DNA of 64,000 nucleotides from Octopus vulgaris (Eukaryota), in NCBI GenBank assembly GCA_951406725.2, contig OX597833.1, forward strand, positions 48,794,001 through 48,858,000, written 5' to 3'. The notes beneath the pieces are model-generated. The model was given only the letters and a program-made list of their open reading frames with translations. It had not been told where the DNA came from and made no database searches. The stretch's first letter is position 1; every line of letters starts with the position of its first letter. Both the position numbers and the translations under genes were made by a program. Positions 39,301 to 51,886 of this stretch are shown one piece after another.

Positions 39301-42300
39301 GGAGAAAAATCATCAAGAAAACTGCCAACTGCAAACGCCACTGAACTAACTTTTCACGCTTATTTTTGAACTGTATTGATTTCCAGTCAATTACAATAAA
39401 CCTTGGATCTTTTCGGTTTGACCAGCAGTTTTTTAAAATAATTTCCACGTAACTAAACACTTTTAAACTTCGTATACTGGTAGAATGTGTTTATAAAACA
39501 TCTTTTTCTCTTGGCTTTATTGAGAAAATTCTATAGTTTGTAGGATATTTGTTGTTTTTTTCTTCAATTTCTGCAATTTCAACCAATCATTGACGTCTAT
39601 TGAGGTAAAGAACATTCTGTGCCGTATGAATATGTCCCTCATTTAAGAAACAGATTGGGTTTATTTATATTTGTGAAGAAAAAAAAGATACCCTTCCTCC
39701 CACCCCTAACCCTAAAACAAATTGAAATGCAATAGATCGATACTAGGGTCATAATTATGGGTGACAATTTCATATGACACTGCTAGAAAAAACTGCTTTT
39801 CAAAGTGAAAAGATCCTAAACCTTTCTAATGTTTGGTCAGTAGTTTCCAAAGGAGAGGGCAGTCGATTACATCGACCTCAGTGCTCAGCTTGTACGTATT
39901 TCATTGATCTCGAAAGGACGAAAGATAAAAGTGAACCTCGGTGGCTTTTGATCTCAGAACATAAAAAGTCGGAAGAAATGTTGTGTAGCTTTCTCTCTGA
40001 CGCGCTAACAATCCTGCCAGCTTGCCACCTTATAATAATCCTCTCAATTATAGGTGAAATGCCTAGTCAATTACGTCGACCCCAGTGAAAATGGGAACTT
40101 ATTTTATTGACCTCGAAGGGATGAAAGGTAATGTCGACTTCTGTGGAATTTCATCTCAGAATGTAAAACCAGAAGAAATGCCGCAAGGCATTTGTCCAGC
40201 ATGCTAGCAATTCTGCCAGATCACCACCTTTTTCATGCCAAATAATTGTTTCATTTTGGGGGTACCAAGCCAACAATTCTGAAGGAAAGGAGTCGATTAC
40301 ATCGACCCCATTGCTCAACTGTTACATACTTTATCGACCCAGTAGCCTGGTGGTAATGGTGTTGCTCTCATGATTGCAAAATTGTGGCTTTGATTTCCAC
40401 AACTGGTAGTGCACTGTACTCTTGAGCAAATCACGCTCACAAGAGATTTTATCTCAGACAAAAACCGCAGTAACTTGTCTACCAAAGATGTATATACATT
40501 AAATGTGATACATAGATGGCTGTTTTAATTTTGCATGTTTGCAAACTAAGAAGCTAATGATCATGTTTAAGAACAAAACTACTGAATATATATTGTATCC
40601 TCAATTTCCAATCTACATCTTCCTGATTTAAGAAACGGGATGTCATTGATATGGCTTTGGGAAGAAGCCAAAATTTGTTTAAGCTTGTTTGTGCCAACAC
40701 TTGATAGTTAGGTAATCAATATATTAAAACTTTTTATAACCAAGCAAAATTTATCTCATGTATTTCATGTTGCTTCCGAATTGAATTTCAATTAAAGCCT
40801 GAAGAAACAGAAACCTAACATTCCAAAATGAAAGGTCAACGATAAAAAATTTAATTGATATAATTTCTTGTGGGGCAAGCTTCTGTCTTTGAACCAAAGA
40901 ATTTTGTCACTTTATGACCATTCCAACTGAACTAACTCAAAGCTCTTTCCTGTAAAGATATTACAAATCTTTTTTACTCAAGGCACAAGGCCCGAAATTT
41001 GGGGGGAGGGGACCAGTCGATTAGATCGACCCCAGTATGCAACTCGTACTTAATTTATCGACCCCGATAGGATGAAAGGCAAAGTCGAATTCTGTGGAAT
41101 TTGAACTCAGAACGTTACGGCAGACGAAATACCTATTTCTTTACTACCCACAAGGGGCTAAACATAGAGGGGACAGACAAGGATTGAGTCGATTATATCG
41201 ACCCCAGTGTGTAACTGGTACTTATTTAATCGATCCCGAAAGAATGAAGGGTAAAGTCGACCTTGGTGGAATTTGAACTTAGAATGTAACGGCAGACGAA
41301 ATACCGCTAAGCATTTCGCCCGGCGCGCTAACGTTTCTGCCAGCTCGCCGTCTTAAAGATATTACAAATCGTGGATCACTGGATTAATAATGATTTAAAG
41401 TGCAGAAGCAAACTGGTTCAACACTATCAGAGATTTCTGCATGAGGAAGTGTAATATGGTTGGACAAATGGATTCTAGAATCAATGGTCTCCATGCCTTA
41501 TTCTTTGTTTGTATTTCAGAATGAGGAAGTACTTATGCATGGGAAGAGGAAATACAATTCAGGAAAGATGCTTCTAGGAGATTGAAAGCTTACAAAAGAC
41601 TTACAACTGATCAGCCAAAACTAGTCGACCAACTGCATAACTACTCACTGCTAATTGTTGTTATTATGTGTGACCTTTAAGAAAATAGTCAACAAAGCTT
41701 GCTTTTCTTAACTTGATGCCAATAACTTGGCAGATTATTGTACCTTGTAAAATGATATGGTGAGAATAGGTGGACTGTGTACGGCAATATTAGTGAAAGT
41801 GACAAGGCGGCGAGCTGGCAGAATTGTTAAGCACACTGGAAAAATGGTTAGGGTTAGAGTTCGTCTGTCTCACGTTCTGAGCTCAAATTCCACCGAGGTC
41901 GACTTTGACTTTCAACTTTTCGGGGTTGATAAAATAAGTACCAGTTAAGAACTGGGATCGATATAATTAGTGTACGCCCTCCCCTAAACTTGCTGACCTT
42001 GTTCCAAAATTTGAAACTAATATCAATGAAAATAATGGGCTAACGCATTATATTGTGAATCAGTATTTTGTTGCTCCTGTCATTGAAACTCACATTCAAA
42101 ACATTGGGGGACGGTCGAAGATAAATGAGGTCAAGGTTGATCAGGACAGCGAAAGGAACAAAGGAACAATTGATTGAGAGTCACCTCGTAGAATACTGAT
42201 GGAAATCGAAATTTTCAAGATGGAAAAGTTCTAATTTCCTTTTGAACTCGCTGTTTAGATTCACTTCGTCCCCTTGTTAGAAAGATTTAGCCTTGAGAAT

Positions 42301-42492
42301 CAATTTGTTAAAATCACCTGCCTTTGAATAGAATTGAAAGCAGTTGAAAAAATTCTCATATTTTATTTCAGTTTCGACCATTCAATAAACTGTCATTGGG
42401 TGGAATTAAACACTTCCTCTTAATTAATCTCCGGCCGTTTTACCTCATTTTTTGTTATTTGATCTCAGGCTATTGAAAAATATTTATATACA

Positions 42493-42555
<63 letters not shown>

Positions 42556-43155
42556 ATATATATATATTAGAAGGTTTGGAGATGATGTATATGTATTTTA
42601 TAGTAGAAGAAAGGAGGTACTCAGAAATTCGGATGGTTTTATATTTACAGATATTTATTTGTATATTACATGTTTTTATACATCATATTCATATATTAGC
42701 GCTTTCGTCCATTCTGGTGCAGTTATATATATATATAATAAAAAACAAAGTGAATTTCAGCCTAAACAAACTAATTAACACTCGGGCGCTCCCACAGAAG
42801 TTCCTATAAGCGAAACAAGCCGGTCGCAGGTGCGACAGAAATATAGCTGAAATCCAGCGAATATTTATCCATTTATTTTCCATTCATAAAAAAGCATTTG
42901 TTTTAGTTTGCTCGCATTAAATTTTGACCACAGTTCAGTAGCTATAATGTGTGTAAGATATTTTTAGAAGCCAATGGTCAAAACGAGCAGCGATATTTAA
43001 AAAACAAAACAAAACAAAAAATATTTAACATATGACTGATGTTAATGAAACCAGGAACCTGAACAAGATCGGCCGATTCGGTTCGCCGAAACTTACTGCC
43101 AAATAAACAAGATAACTAGGTTAGTAAAACAAAAGAAATTACCGCTGATACATAC

Positions 43156-43278
43156 CAACAAAAGACATCGCTTTGGACTTAATCTTGGATGTTGATTGCT
43201 GCTATAGTGAGGAATCCGAGCGGCAGAAAATATCCAATGTCTCGTGCATTTGGACGAATGGACAAAATAGTTCGCCAT
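43156..43278 (-). CDS. TMEM143: TMEM143 exon 1 (Arg/Ser-rich, presequence-like N-terminus)
   Basis: ATG at 43278; donor TTG|gtatgt in phase 0 matches exon 2. An alternative donor at 43143 pairs in phase with the 35181 acceptor. No acidic residues, consistent with a mitochondrial presequence (inference). Confidence 0.6.
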
Positions 43279-43439
43279 TACAGGCTGAGATTTAGTAGAT
43301 TGTTTTTTAAAGGGAAGCCACTCTCGAATACTAAAACTTAATATAACTCAATTATAATTACTAACAGGTTCTCGTTTCTTTGTATGGAGCCTTAGGAATG
43401 TTTTTCATTGTTGCATATAATTGTTAGCAATTGTTCATA

Positions 43440-43499
<60 letters not shown>

Positions 43500-43622
43500 G
43501 TTCAGCCGAAATTGCAAGGATGATCCGATTCTTGACTGAAGATTAGAGGCTTCGAATGACCCGTCCGTGTTTTGTGTCGTCTATTTGAGTGTTTTGCGTT
43601 CTTGTCCCATTTTGTATTTTTA

Positions 43623-43660
<38 letters not shown>

Positions 43661-44442
43661 CAATAGGGTAATTATTATTATATATATATAACAATAGGGT
43701 AATTATTATTACCAGTAGCCTAGCACAAAAACGAATTAGTCATTAGACTATATATTATTCATATTTCTATGTATTTATATATATATATATATTATATATA
43801 TATAGAGATGTGTGTGTGTGTTTGGGGAGTCTCTGATTTTAAACACTGGTTATAGAATAGCTTATTTTATTTCCTATGAAAACATGTCATTATTTGGCAA
43901 AACACCAATGATCGGTGATGTTTGCCAAATAATTGTATATCGGACACGATGTTTATTCTTAGCAGTGGCATACTCATGTCAAGGATTTACAAATTTTGAT
44001 CGTTTTGAATGTTATAGCATATTTTTACTAACCCAAGTCGGCTTCATTCAAAGATATTCCAGCCGAAATTGTCAATTTTTTGGGGTTTTTTTTCAGACAG
44101 TGTGTTTATGACTATATGAGTTAGTGTGCCATCATTTAATTTCTTACTTTCTTTTCTTTTGTTGTTGTTGAAGACATTCGGCCGTGGTTCGATGGAAATA
44201 TGTTTGCTATTTCTAGCAAATAAAGCGACCCTGTTGATGTTTTCATTGACTCGATGTAATTAGAAAAACGGTAAAAACTACTTATAATAGTACGTGTCTG
44301 CGTAATCCAATGGTCTCCGTATGCATTTTATATTTATTACTTTGTTTTTAGATTTAATAAAATTTAAAGAATTTTTTTTTCTTGAAAATTATGGGAGCAA
44401 ATTTGCTACGAAAAAATTTATAAGTTCGTTGACCTCCTTAAA

Positions 44443-44479
44443 CCGGAAGATAAAAACGTGTCAAAATTTGCCGCGAAAA
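44443..44479 (+). promoter_or_regulatory. ETS-like CCGGAAG and overlapping E2F sites upstream of the GINS2 ATG
   Basis: CCGGAAG at 44443-44449. TTTGCCGC (TTTSSCGC) at 44467-44474 overlaps the opposite-strand TTTTCGCGGC. Replication genes are typical E2F targets. Confidence 0.55.
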
Positions 44480-44500
44480 TTTAACTTCAACAAACAAACA

Positions 44501-44611
44501 ATGGCAGGTGCTGCTATCCGTATGTCGCCCGCAGAAATAGAATTTCTTGCGGAGAAGGAACTAATTTCATTTGAACCTAATTTTACATATTCTAATATTT
44601 ATTTAATCCAA
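44501..44611 (+). CDS. GINS2: GINS complex subunit 2 (PSF2) exon 1
   Basis: M..MSPAEIEFLAEKELISFEPNF...IYLIQ|gtaagt. The start could be the ATG at 44522. Confidence 0.92.
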
Positions 44612-44739
44612 GTAAGTCGATCGTTGTCGTTTTGTTTTTCTAGATTATTTTGTTAACAGGATAAGCGTTTTTCTCTTTTCCTCTATTGAAGAAATACTCG
44701 TTTCCAGCGACTTAGCAATCAATAAATAAATTAATATAT

Positions 44740-45020
44740 AACAATTGCAGCGTGGAAGTTGTTTGTAAACCATTTAAGAAACACACACAAGCCGTTCGAT
44801 TCACTTCAACATTTAAGTTTAATTTGACAAAATATTTTCGTCGCTTTAAGACCGCGACCGGTTCACTGACAAAAATCCGTGCTGCATCTGTCAGTGAACA
44901 GGTCGCAGTCTGAAAGCGACGAAAATATTTTGACAAATTAAACTTAAATGTTGGAGTGAATCGAACGGCTTTTGTGTGTTTTTTAAATGGTTTACAAACA
45001 CCTTCCACGCTGCAATTGTT
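44740..45020. mobile_element. Fold-back element with ~130-bp arms, each carrying a hammerhead-like motif
   Basis: Arms 44740-44871 and 44889-45020 are near reverse complements. A single-arm relative lies at about 3662-3791. Confidence 0.85.
44889..44935 (+). ncRNA. Candidate G3-C8 variant hammerhead ribozyme
   Basis: tgtca GTGAACA G GTCGC agtctgaaa GCGAC GAAA ATAT TT tgaca: 5-bp stem I, 5-bp stem II, palindromic AATATT stem III. Confidence 0.65.
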
Positions 45021-47416
45021 TTCGTTCCAGCACACGATCTCAGATCAAATTACTTGCTATGCGAGTACATCTCCGAAATGAATATTTAATTATTTTTTAA
45101 AAGGAAATTAAATGAGGGAAAATAAGTAATCTTTTTTGATAAATTTGCTATTTTTTTCTCCCCGAAAACCATTAAAATGTTATAATTTCGTAAATTTACT
45201 GACGAAGGTAAAGAATACGCACACCATCTTTTTCGGCGGTTAGGGATAGGGTTACGTCGAAGATGGGGGTGGCGTGCATATTCTTTACCTCCACCAACTT
45301 ATTTATGTGGGCCCTTTATTGTTATTACTAACGATTGATTTTAAATTCAATATTGACATTTTATGAACTCGGGTGTTAATGAAACGGTTTTGCTGTTTAT
45401 ATAAATTCTAAGTGCATTTAAGTTATAAATTCGACGGGAGATCACTCTAATGTGTTCCAGCATGTTTGAGAAAACCTCAAAAATAGTCCTGGGCGGGGGT
45501 CGGTGAACCGGGTTAAATTACCCCTAGTGGGGTAAAAATAATATTCTTGGGTGTAATAAAGATTCATTAAACATAAATAAAATTTTATATATAAAAAAAC
45601 GTGATCCTTGTTACGATAGCTATTTTTCTTCTGGCATCCAATGTAATTGGACGTGGAATAAGATAAACTCAATAAATCTTTTGAATTCATAAAAAATCTA
45701 TGATTTTCTTCCTTTCAAATCCAGGATTTAACGTCGGCGTAAATAAATATATTGTGGGGTAAGTAGTTAAAGAATTTCCCCGACCTCTGGTCTTGGGCAA
45801 ACTGTGGCCCGTGTGACTTTCTAAATGGCACGCCGACGAAAAATTATTTTCAGTGTGGCCCGCCTGATGACGAGCCATTTCTCATGCGATCTGCTTTTCG
45901 AAAAATGTTGTACGTGCCTACAAACGGTTGCTCAGTCTACTAGAAATCATAAACAAACCGAGATTTTCTATTCAGATGTAGTAAAAAAAATATTTCTTTA
46001 TATCTTCCGTTTGTGAAGTTACAGTGTTTTGCTTAAAAAACTTACTGTGGACAAAGCTGCGTGACGGTCCTTTACTTGTCTCTCCTTATGTGTTTACTTT
46101 TTTACCACTCGTTGGTGATGTCCTGTTCTTATTGTAGATTTTTTGGTATTTTGTCCTGTACTTATCTATCGTGAGTTTACGTATTTTTCACTCGTTGTTG
46201 ATGTCCTATACTCGATATATTATGTATATATATATATATGTATTGTATATATATATATATATGAATTATATATATATATATGAATATATATATATATATA
46301 TATGAATTATATATATTATATATGAATTATATATATATATGATATATGTATTTATATATATCTGGCAGTAACGTTAGCGCGCCGGGCGAAATGCTTAGCA
46401 GTATTTCGTTTGTCCTTACGTTCTGAGTTCAAATTCCGCCGAGGTCGACTTTACCTTTCATCCTTTCGGGGTCGATAAATAAAGTACCAGTTTCGCACTG
46501 AGGTCGATGTAATCGATTTAATCCCTTTGTCTGTCCTTGTTTGTCCCCTCTATGTTTAGCCCCTTGTGGGTAGTAAAGAAATATATATATAGAAGCAGGA
46601 GTGGCTTTGTGGTAAGTAGCTTGTTTACCAACCACATGGTTCCAGGTTCAGTCCCACTGCGTGGCACCTTGGGCCGACCAAAGCCTTGTTTGGATTTGGT
46701 AGACGGAAACTGAAAGAAGCCCGTCGTATATATATATATATATGTGTGTGTGCGTGTATGTTTGTCCCCCTAGCATTACTTGACAACCGATGCTGGTGTG
46801 TTTATGTCCCCGTCACTTAGCGGTTCAGTAAAAGAGACCGATAGAATAAGTACTGGGCTTACAAAAGAATAAGTCCCGGGGTTGAGTTGCTTGATTAAAG
46901 GCGGTGCTCCAGCATGGCCACAGTCAAATAACTGAAACAAGTAAAAGGGTAAAGAGAGTATATATATATAAGTCAATATAGAAAATGATAAAATAGTTTT
47001 ATAAAAAGCATTTCAGTACTGATTTCAGTCATTGAGACTTTTTTCAACTGTAAGTATGGAAGAAAAATTTTGGAAAAATTAAAAGAAAAATTTTTTTTAA
47101 AAGAATATTTGCATAGTGTTCAAATACAAGTGGCATTTTCCTTGTTTCTACCTGTCTCTGTCTCTCTTGTTTACTCTTGTGGGTTCGAGGTCATATCATA
47201 TATATATATATATATATATATGATAGCTAGTTAGATTAGATTAGTCAACATAGGCGTAGGAGTGGTTGTGTGGTAAGTAGTTGCTTACCAACCACATGGT
47301 TCTGGGTTCAGTCCCACAGCGTGGCACCTTGGGCAAGTGTCTTCTACTATAGCCTCGGGCCGACCAAAGCCTTTTGAGTGGATTTGGTAGGCGGAAACTG
47401 AAAGTATACAGTTGAA

Positions 47417-47457
<41 letters not shown>

Positions 47458-47657
47458 TGCGGTTTAGGGTTCATAAAAATCATACATTGTTATGGCAGAA
47501 TACTGGTATAATGTAAAGAAGCTTGCTTCCCAACTACATGGTTCTGGGGTTAGTCTCACTGTGTGGTACCTTGGCCAAGTGCCTTCTATAACCTTGGGCT
47601 GACCAAAACCTTGTGAGTGGATTTGGTAGACAGAAACTGAAAGGAGCCCATCTTGTA

Positions 47658-48020
47658 TCTCTCTATATATAAACGGCAGTTTGTCTGTGCGTGTTTCTGT
47701 GTGTCTGTTTGCTTGTACCCTCACCCTGACCACGGCTTTCAACCGATTCTGATGAAACTTGACACACGCATAGCCCAATGTCATAATTCAAAACTAACGC
47801 AGCGAAAATTTTGAAAAGTTCCCCCAGTTCTGAAAAAATCGATAAATTCGACATGGGGTCCAGAATCAGAAACACAAACTGTCTAGGGGACGCAACTCCA
47901 CCTTTTTTAACTAAAAAAAAATTTACCATCATTTTTTTCCATTTTTTGGCTATAACTCTCTAAAAATGCTTTATAGTTATTTCCCTTACAAACCTGAGCA
48001 ACGCCGGGCGATACTGCTAG
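47658..48020 (+). mobile_element. Non-autonomous Helitron
   Basis: a|TC start and CTAG|t end; the 3' ~120 bp is shared with 1657-1963. Confidence 0.75.
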
Positions 48021-48118
48021 TAAACACATAAATGTGAAACAAGGTGGAAAAAAGAGTATTCAAATACCAGAGGTAGAGTAATATGCTTTATTTAAAAGCA
48101 GCAGAAATTTAACAAAAG

Positions 48119-48156
48119 CTGTTACTCGGAGTTTCATGTTCCCATTCGTCGGACAG
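48119..48156 (-). ncRNA. Candidate C4-variant hammerhead ribozyme inside an inverted repeat (48081-48222)
   Basis: Minus strand reads ctgt CCGACGA atg ggaa cat GAAA CTCCGAG TA acag. Confidence 0.6.
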
Positions 48157-51100
48157 TTCAGGAATGTGAAACTCCGAGTGACAGCTTTTGTTAAATTTCT
48201 GCTGCTTTTAAATAAAGCATATAGATAGATAGATATAGATATATAATCAATCGATGGGCAATATGTTGTGCTTGAGAAGACCTGTTGAGTCAAGTGAAAT
48301 CCTTGTTGTGGCTGATGCCAGTACTGCCTGACTGGCACCCGTGCCAGTGACATGTAAAATGCACCATTTGAGTGCTGTCGATGCCAGTGCTGCTGGACTG
48401 GCTCCCATGCCAGTGGCATGTAAAAAGCACCATTCGAGTGTGGTTGATACCAATGCCTGACTGGCCCCCATGCTGGTGGCACGTAAAAAGCACCCACTAC
48501 ACTCTTGGAGTGGTTGGCATTGGGAAGGGCATCCAGCTGTAGAAATCTTGCCAGAACAGATTGGAGCCGGCTGCAGCCTCCTGGTTTGCCATTCCTCAGT
48601 GAAACCGTCCAACCTATGCCAGCATGGAAAGCAGACATTAAATGATGATGATGATGTGTATCTGAGTGTGTGTGTCTATGTGCCGGTGGCACATAAAAAG
48701 CACCTTCCGATCGTGGCCGTTTGCCAGCCTTGTCTGGCACGTGTACTGGTGGCACATAAAAAGCACCATCCGACCGTGGCCATTTGCCAGCCTCACCTTG
48801 CACCTGTGCACTCACTACACTCATGGACTGGTTGGCGTTAGGAAGGGCATCCAGCCGTAGAAACACTGTCAGATCAGACTGGGCCTGGTGCAGCCTTCTG
48901 GCTTCTCAGACCCCAGTTGAACCGTCCAACCCATGCTAGCATGGGAAACGGACGTTAAACAATGATGATGATGATGATGTCCTTCCATCACTGCTTGACA
49001 ACCGGTGTTGGTCTGTTTATGTCACCTTAACTTAGCGGTTCAGTGAAAGAGACTGATAGAATAAATACTAGGCTTAAAAAATAAGTTTTGGGGTCAGACT
49101 GTTTGACTAACAACCTTCAAGGCGGTGCTCCAGCATGGCTGTAGTCAAAACACTGAAACGAGTAAAAGAATAAAGTATGTTATGGGAGTTGTGTCTTTCA
49201 ACTTTATTTTCTTTCAGATCCACTGTACGCTTTTATTTTGTTACTGTTTATTCATTTCAATCATAAGACTGTGGCCATGCTGGGGCTCCACCTTGAAGGA
49301 AGTTTAGTTGAATGTATCAACCCCAGTTGTTATTTTTTTATAAGCCTGCTACTTATTCTATCAGTCCCTTTTGCTGAACTACCAAGTTACAGTGATGTAA
49401 ACACCCCAGTACCACTTGTTAAGCAGTGGTGGTGGTGGTGGTAGTAGCATGGGAGTGGTGGTGCAAGCACAGACATAAAGACACACACACACAGATATAT
49501 ACATATATACGACGGGCTTCTTTCAGTTTCCACCTACCAAATCCACTAACAAGGCTTAACAGACTGAATACAGCATACTCTTTTATTTGTTTCAGTCATT
49601 TGACTGTGGCCATGCTGGAGCACTGCCTTTAGTTGAGCAAATCGAGCCCAGGACTTATTCTTTGTAAGTCTAGTACTCTCATTCTATCGGTTTATTTTGC
49701 CGAACCGCTAAGTTACAGGGACGTAAACACATCAGCATCGGTTGTCAAGTGATGTTGGGGGGACAAACACAGACACAAACGTATACACACACACATATAT
49801 ATATACATATATACTATGGGCTTCTTTCAGTTTCCACCTACCAAATCCACTCGCAAGGCTTTGGTCGGCCTGAGGCTATAGTAGAAGGCACTTGCCCAAG
49901 GTGTCACACAGTGGGACTGAACCTGGAACCCTGTGGTTGGGAAGCAAGCTTCTTACCGCACAGTCGCACCTGTGCCTAGTTGTTTATATTTTGATCAAGA
50001 GAATTGCTATACAAGATGTGAAGCTTGTATTTCTGGTTGTGCTGTTTTATTTAACTGATCAGCCATCAGGGTGGCACTCCACTGCTATGTTTTTGTTGTC
50101 ATCCACTTGTTGCAAATAGCTGACAGGTGGGATAAAAGTGAAACATTTCTATGTTTCTTAAATATATTTCGGCTCGGGCATGGCTGTGTGGTTAGGGAGC
50201 TTGCTTCCTAACTACATGGTTTCGGGTTCAGTTCCACTGCGTGTTACTTTGGGTAGGTGTCTTCCGCTATAGCCCCGAGCCGACCGGAGCTTTGATTGAA
50301 TTCGGTAGGTGGAAGTTACTGCCGTGTGTGTATGTGTGCATATAGCTGCTCAGTGCCTCTCTGAAAGAGAGAGAGAGAGGAAGACACATATCATGTATGG
50401 GTTATGTATGCTAAAGTAGCTGATATAACAAGATGTGACCTTCCCCCACATAGCTGCCAATGTACTGTAAGCAGTTTTTCATAAGTTTGTGTTAACCATC
50501 TGCGATAGGACCCCCTTCGGTTAGGAATGACCATGGGATTGCATCTAGGAAGTTGCCACAAATGTTATCCAAGGGAAAGGCAAGGGCTGATACAGCTTGG
50601 CACCAGTGATGTTGCAATTCATTTCTACGGCTGAGTGAACTGGAGCAACGCGAAATAAAGTGTCTTGCTCAAGGACACAACATGCAGCCCAGTCTGGGAA
50701 TTGAACTCACTATCTCATGATTGTGAGCCTGATGCTCTAAAAGCTGAGCCATATGCCGATAACTTGGTTTGTCTTGATATTTTAATACCTATTTCTTTAC
50801 TACCCACAAGGGGCTAAACACAGAGAGGACAAACAAGGACAGACAAACGGATTAAGTTGATTATATCGACCCCAGCGCGTAACTGGTCCTTAATTTATCG
50901 ACCCCGAAAGGATGAAAGGCAAAGTCGACCTTGGCGGAATTTGAACTCAGAATGTAGTGGCAGACGAAATACGGCTACGCATTTCGCCCGGCGTGCTAAT
51001 GTTCCTGCCAGATCGCCGCCTTCATATTTTAATACCAGTATCAGTTATTGTGTTGAAGAACTTGTGAGTATTTCTGCGAAATTTGGTGAAAATCTGTGTA

Positions 51101-51771
51101 GCCATTTTCCAGTAATTTTGCAAATACCCAGACAAACAAGGACAAGTGAATACAATACCCTACTTTTGCTTACGTGCAGAGGGTAACAGATAGTTTTTAA
51201 CATAACAAATTAACGAAACACAGAAAAATCCCTATCCTTTGATTTTTTTATACATTTCAGCCATAAAGCTGTGGCCATGATTTTATTCAACATATTTCCC
51301 CTCTTAGATTCACACACTTACTGCAGCAGACATTCAGTTTTTCTAAGCCCTGTAAAAGAATTCAGAAGGTTGGGCTTCAGCCAGGCCTTTTCAGCGAGTC
51401 CACTGCCCTAACCACTGGGCCATTGCACCTCCACAATTTATTGTATATAGAGTTGGTAATTGCTATGCTAATTTCTACGGTGGGGCTTTGGGTAAAAGAA
51501 AACACAGGAGTATCAGTTAATTATGATTTTATTCAACATATTCCACTCTCAGAATCATACACTTATTGCAGCAGTCCTTCAGTTTTTCTAAACCCTGTAA
51601 AAGAATTCAGAAGGTTGGGCTTCAACCAGGCCGTTTCAACAACCATTTTTATATATTTATAACAATTGTATTCAGGCTGATACAATTTTGCTACTATTTC
51701 TTGCTTGTTGAGTAACTTCATGTAATAAAAAGCATTGTGTACTATTTTTTTTCTTCTTTTTATCTACATAG

Positions 51772-51886
51772 GGTGATTTTGGTCCTTTTGAAGCTGGAAT
51801 ACCAACTTCAGTTCCTTTGTGGTTAGCGGTAAATCTAAAACAGAGATGTCGTGGTCGAATTATTCCTCCAGCATGGATGAATATAG
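51772..51886 (+). CDS. GINS2: GINS2 exon 2
   Basis: catag|GGT GAT TTT..G|gtaaag; [38 protein letters not shown]. Confidence 0.93.

Noticed and set aside
42694-42720. GAAA-GCGC-TA half hammerhead on the minus strand
   Set aside because: Truncated at (TA)n with no CUGANGA strand; a remnant at most.
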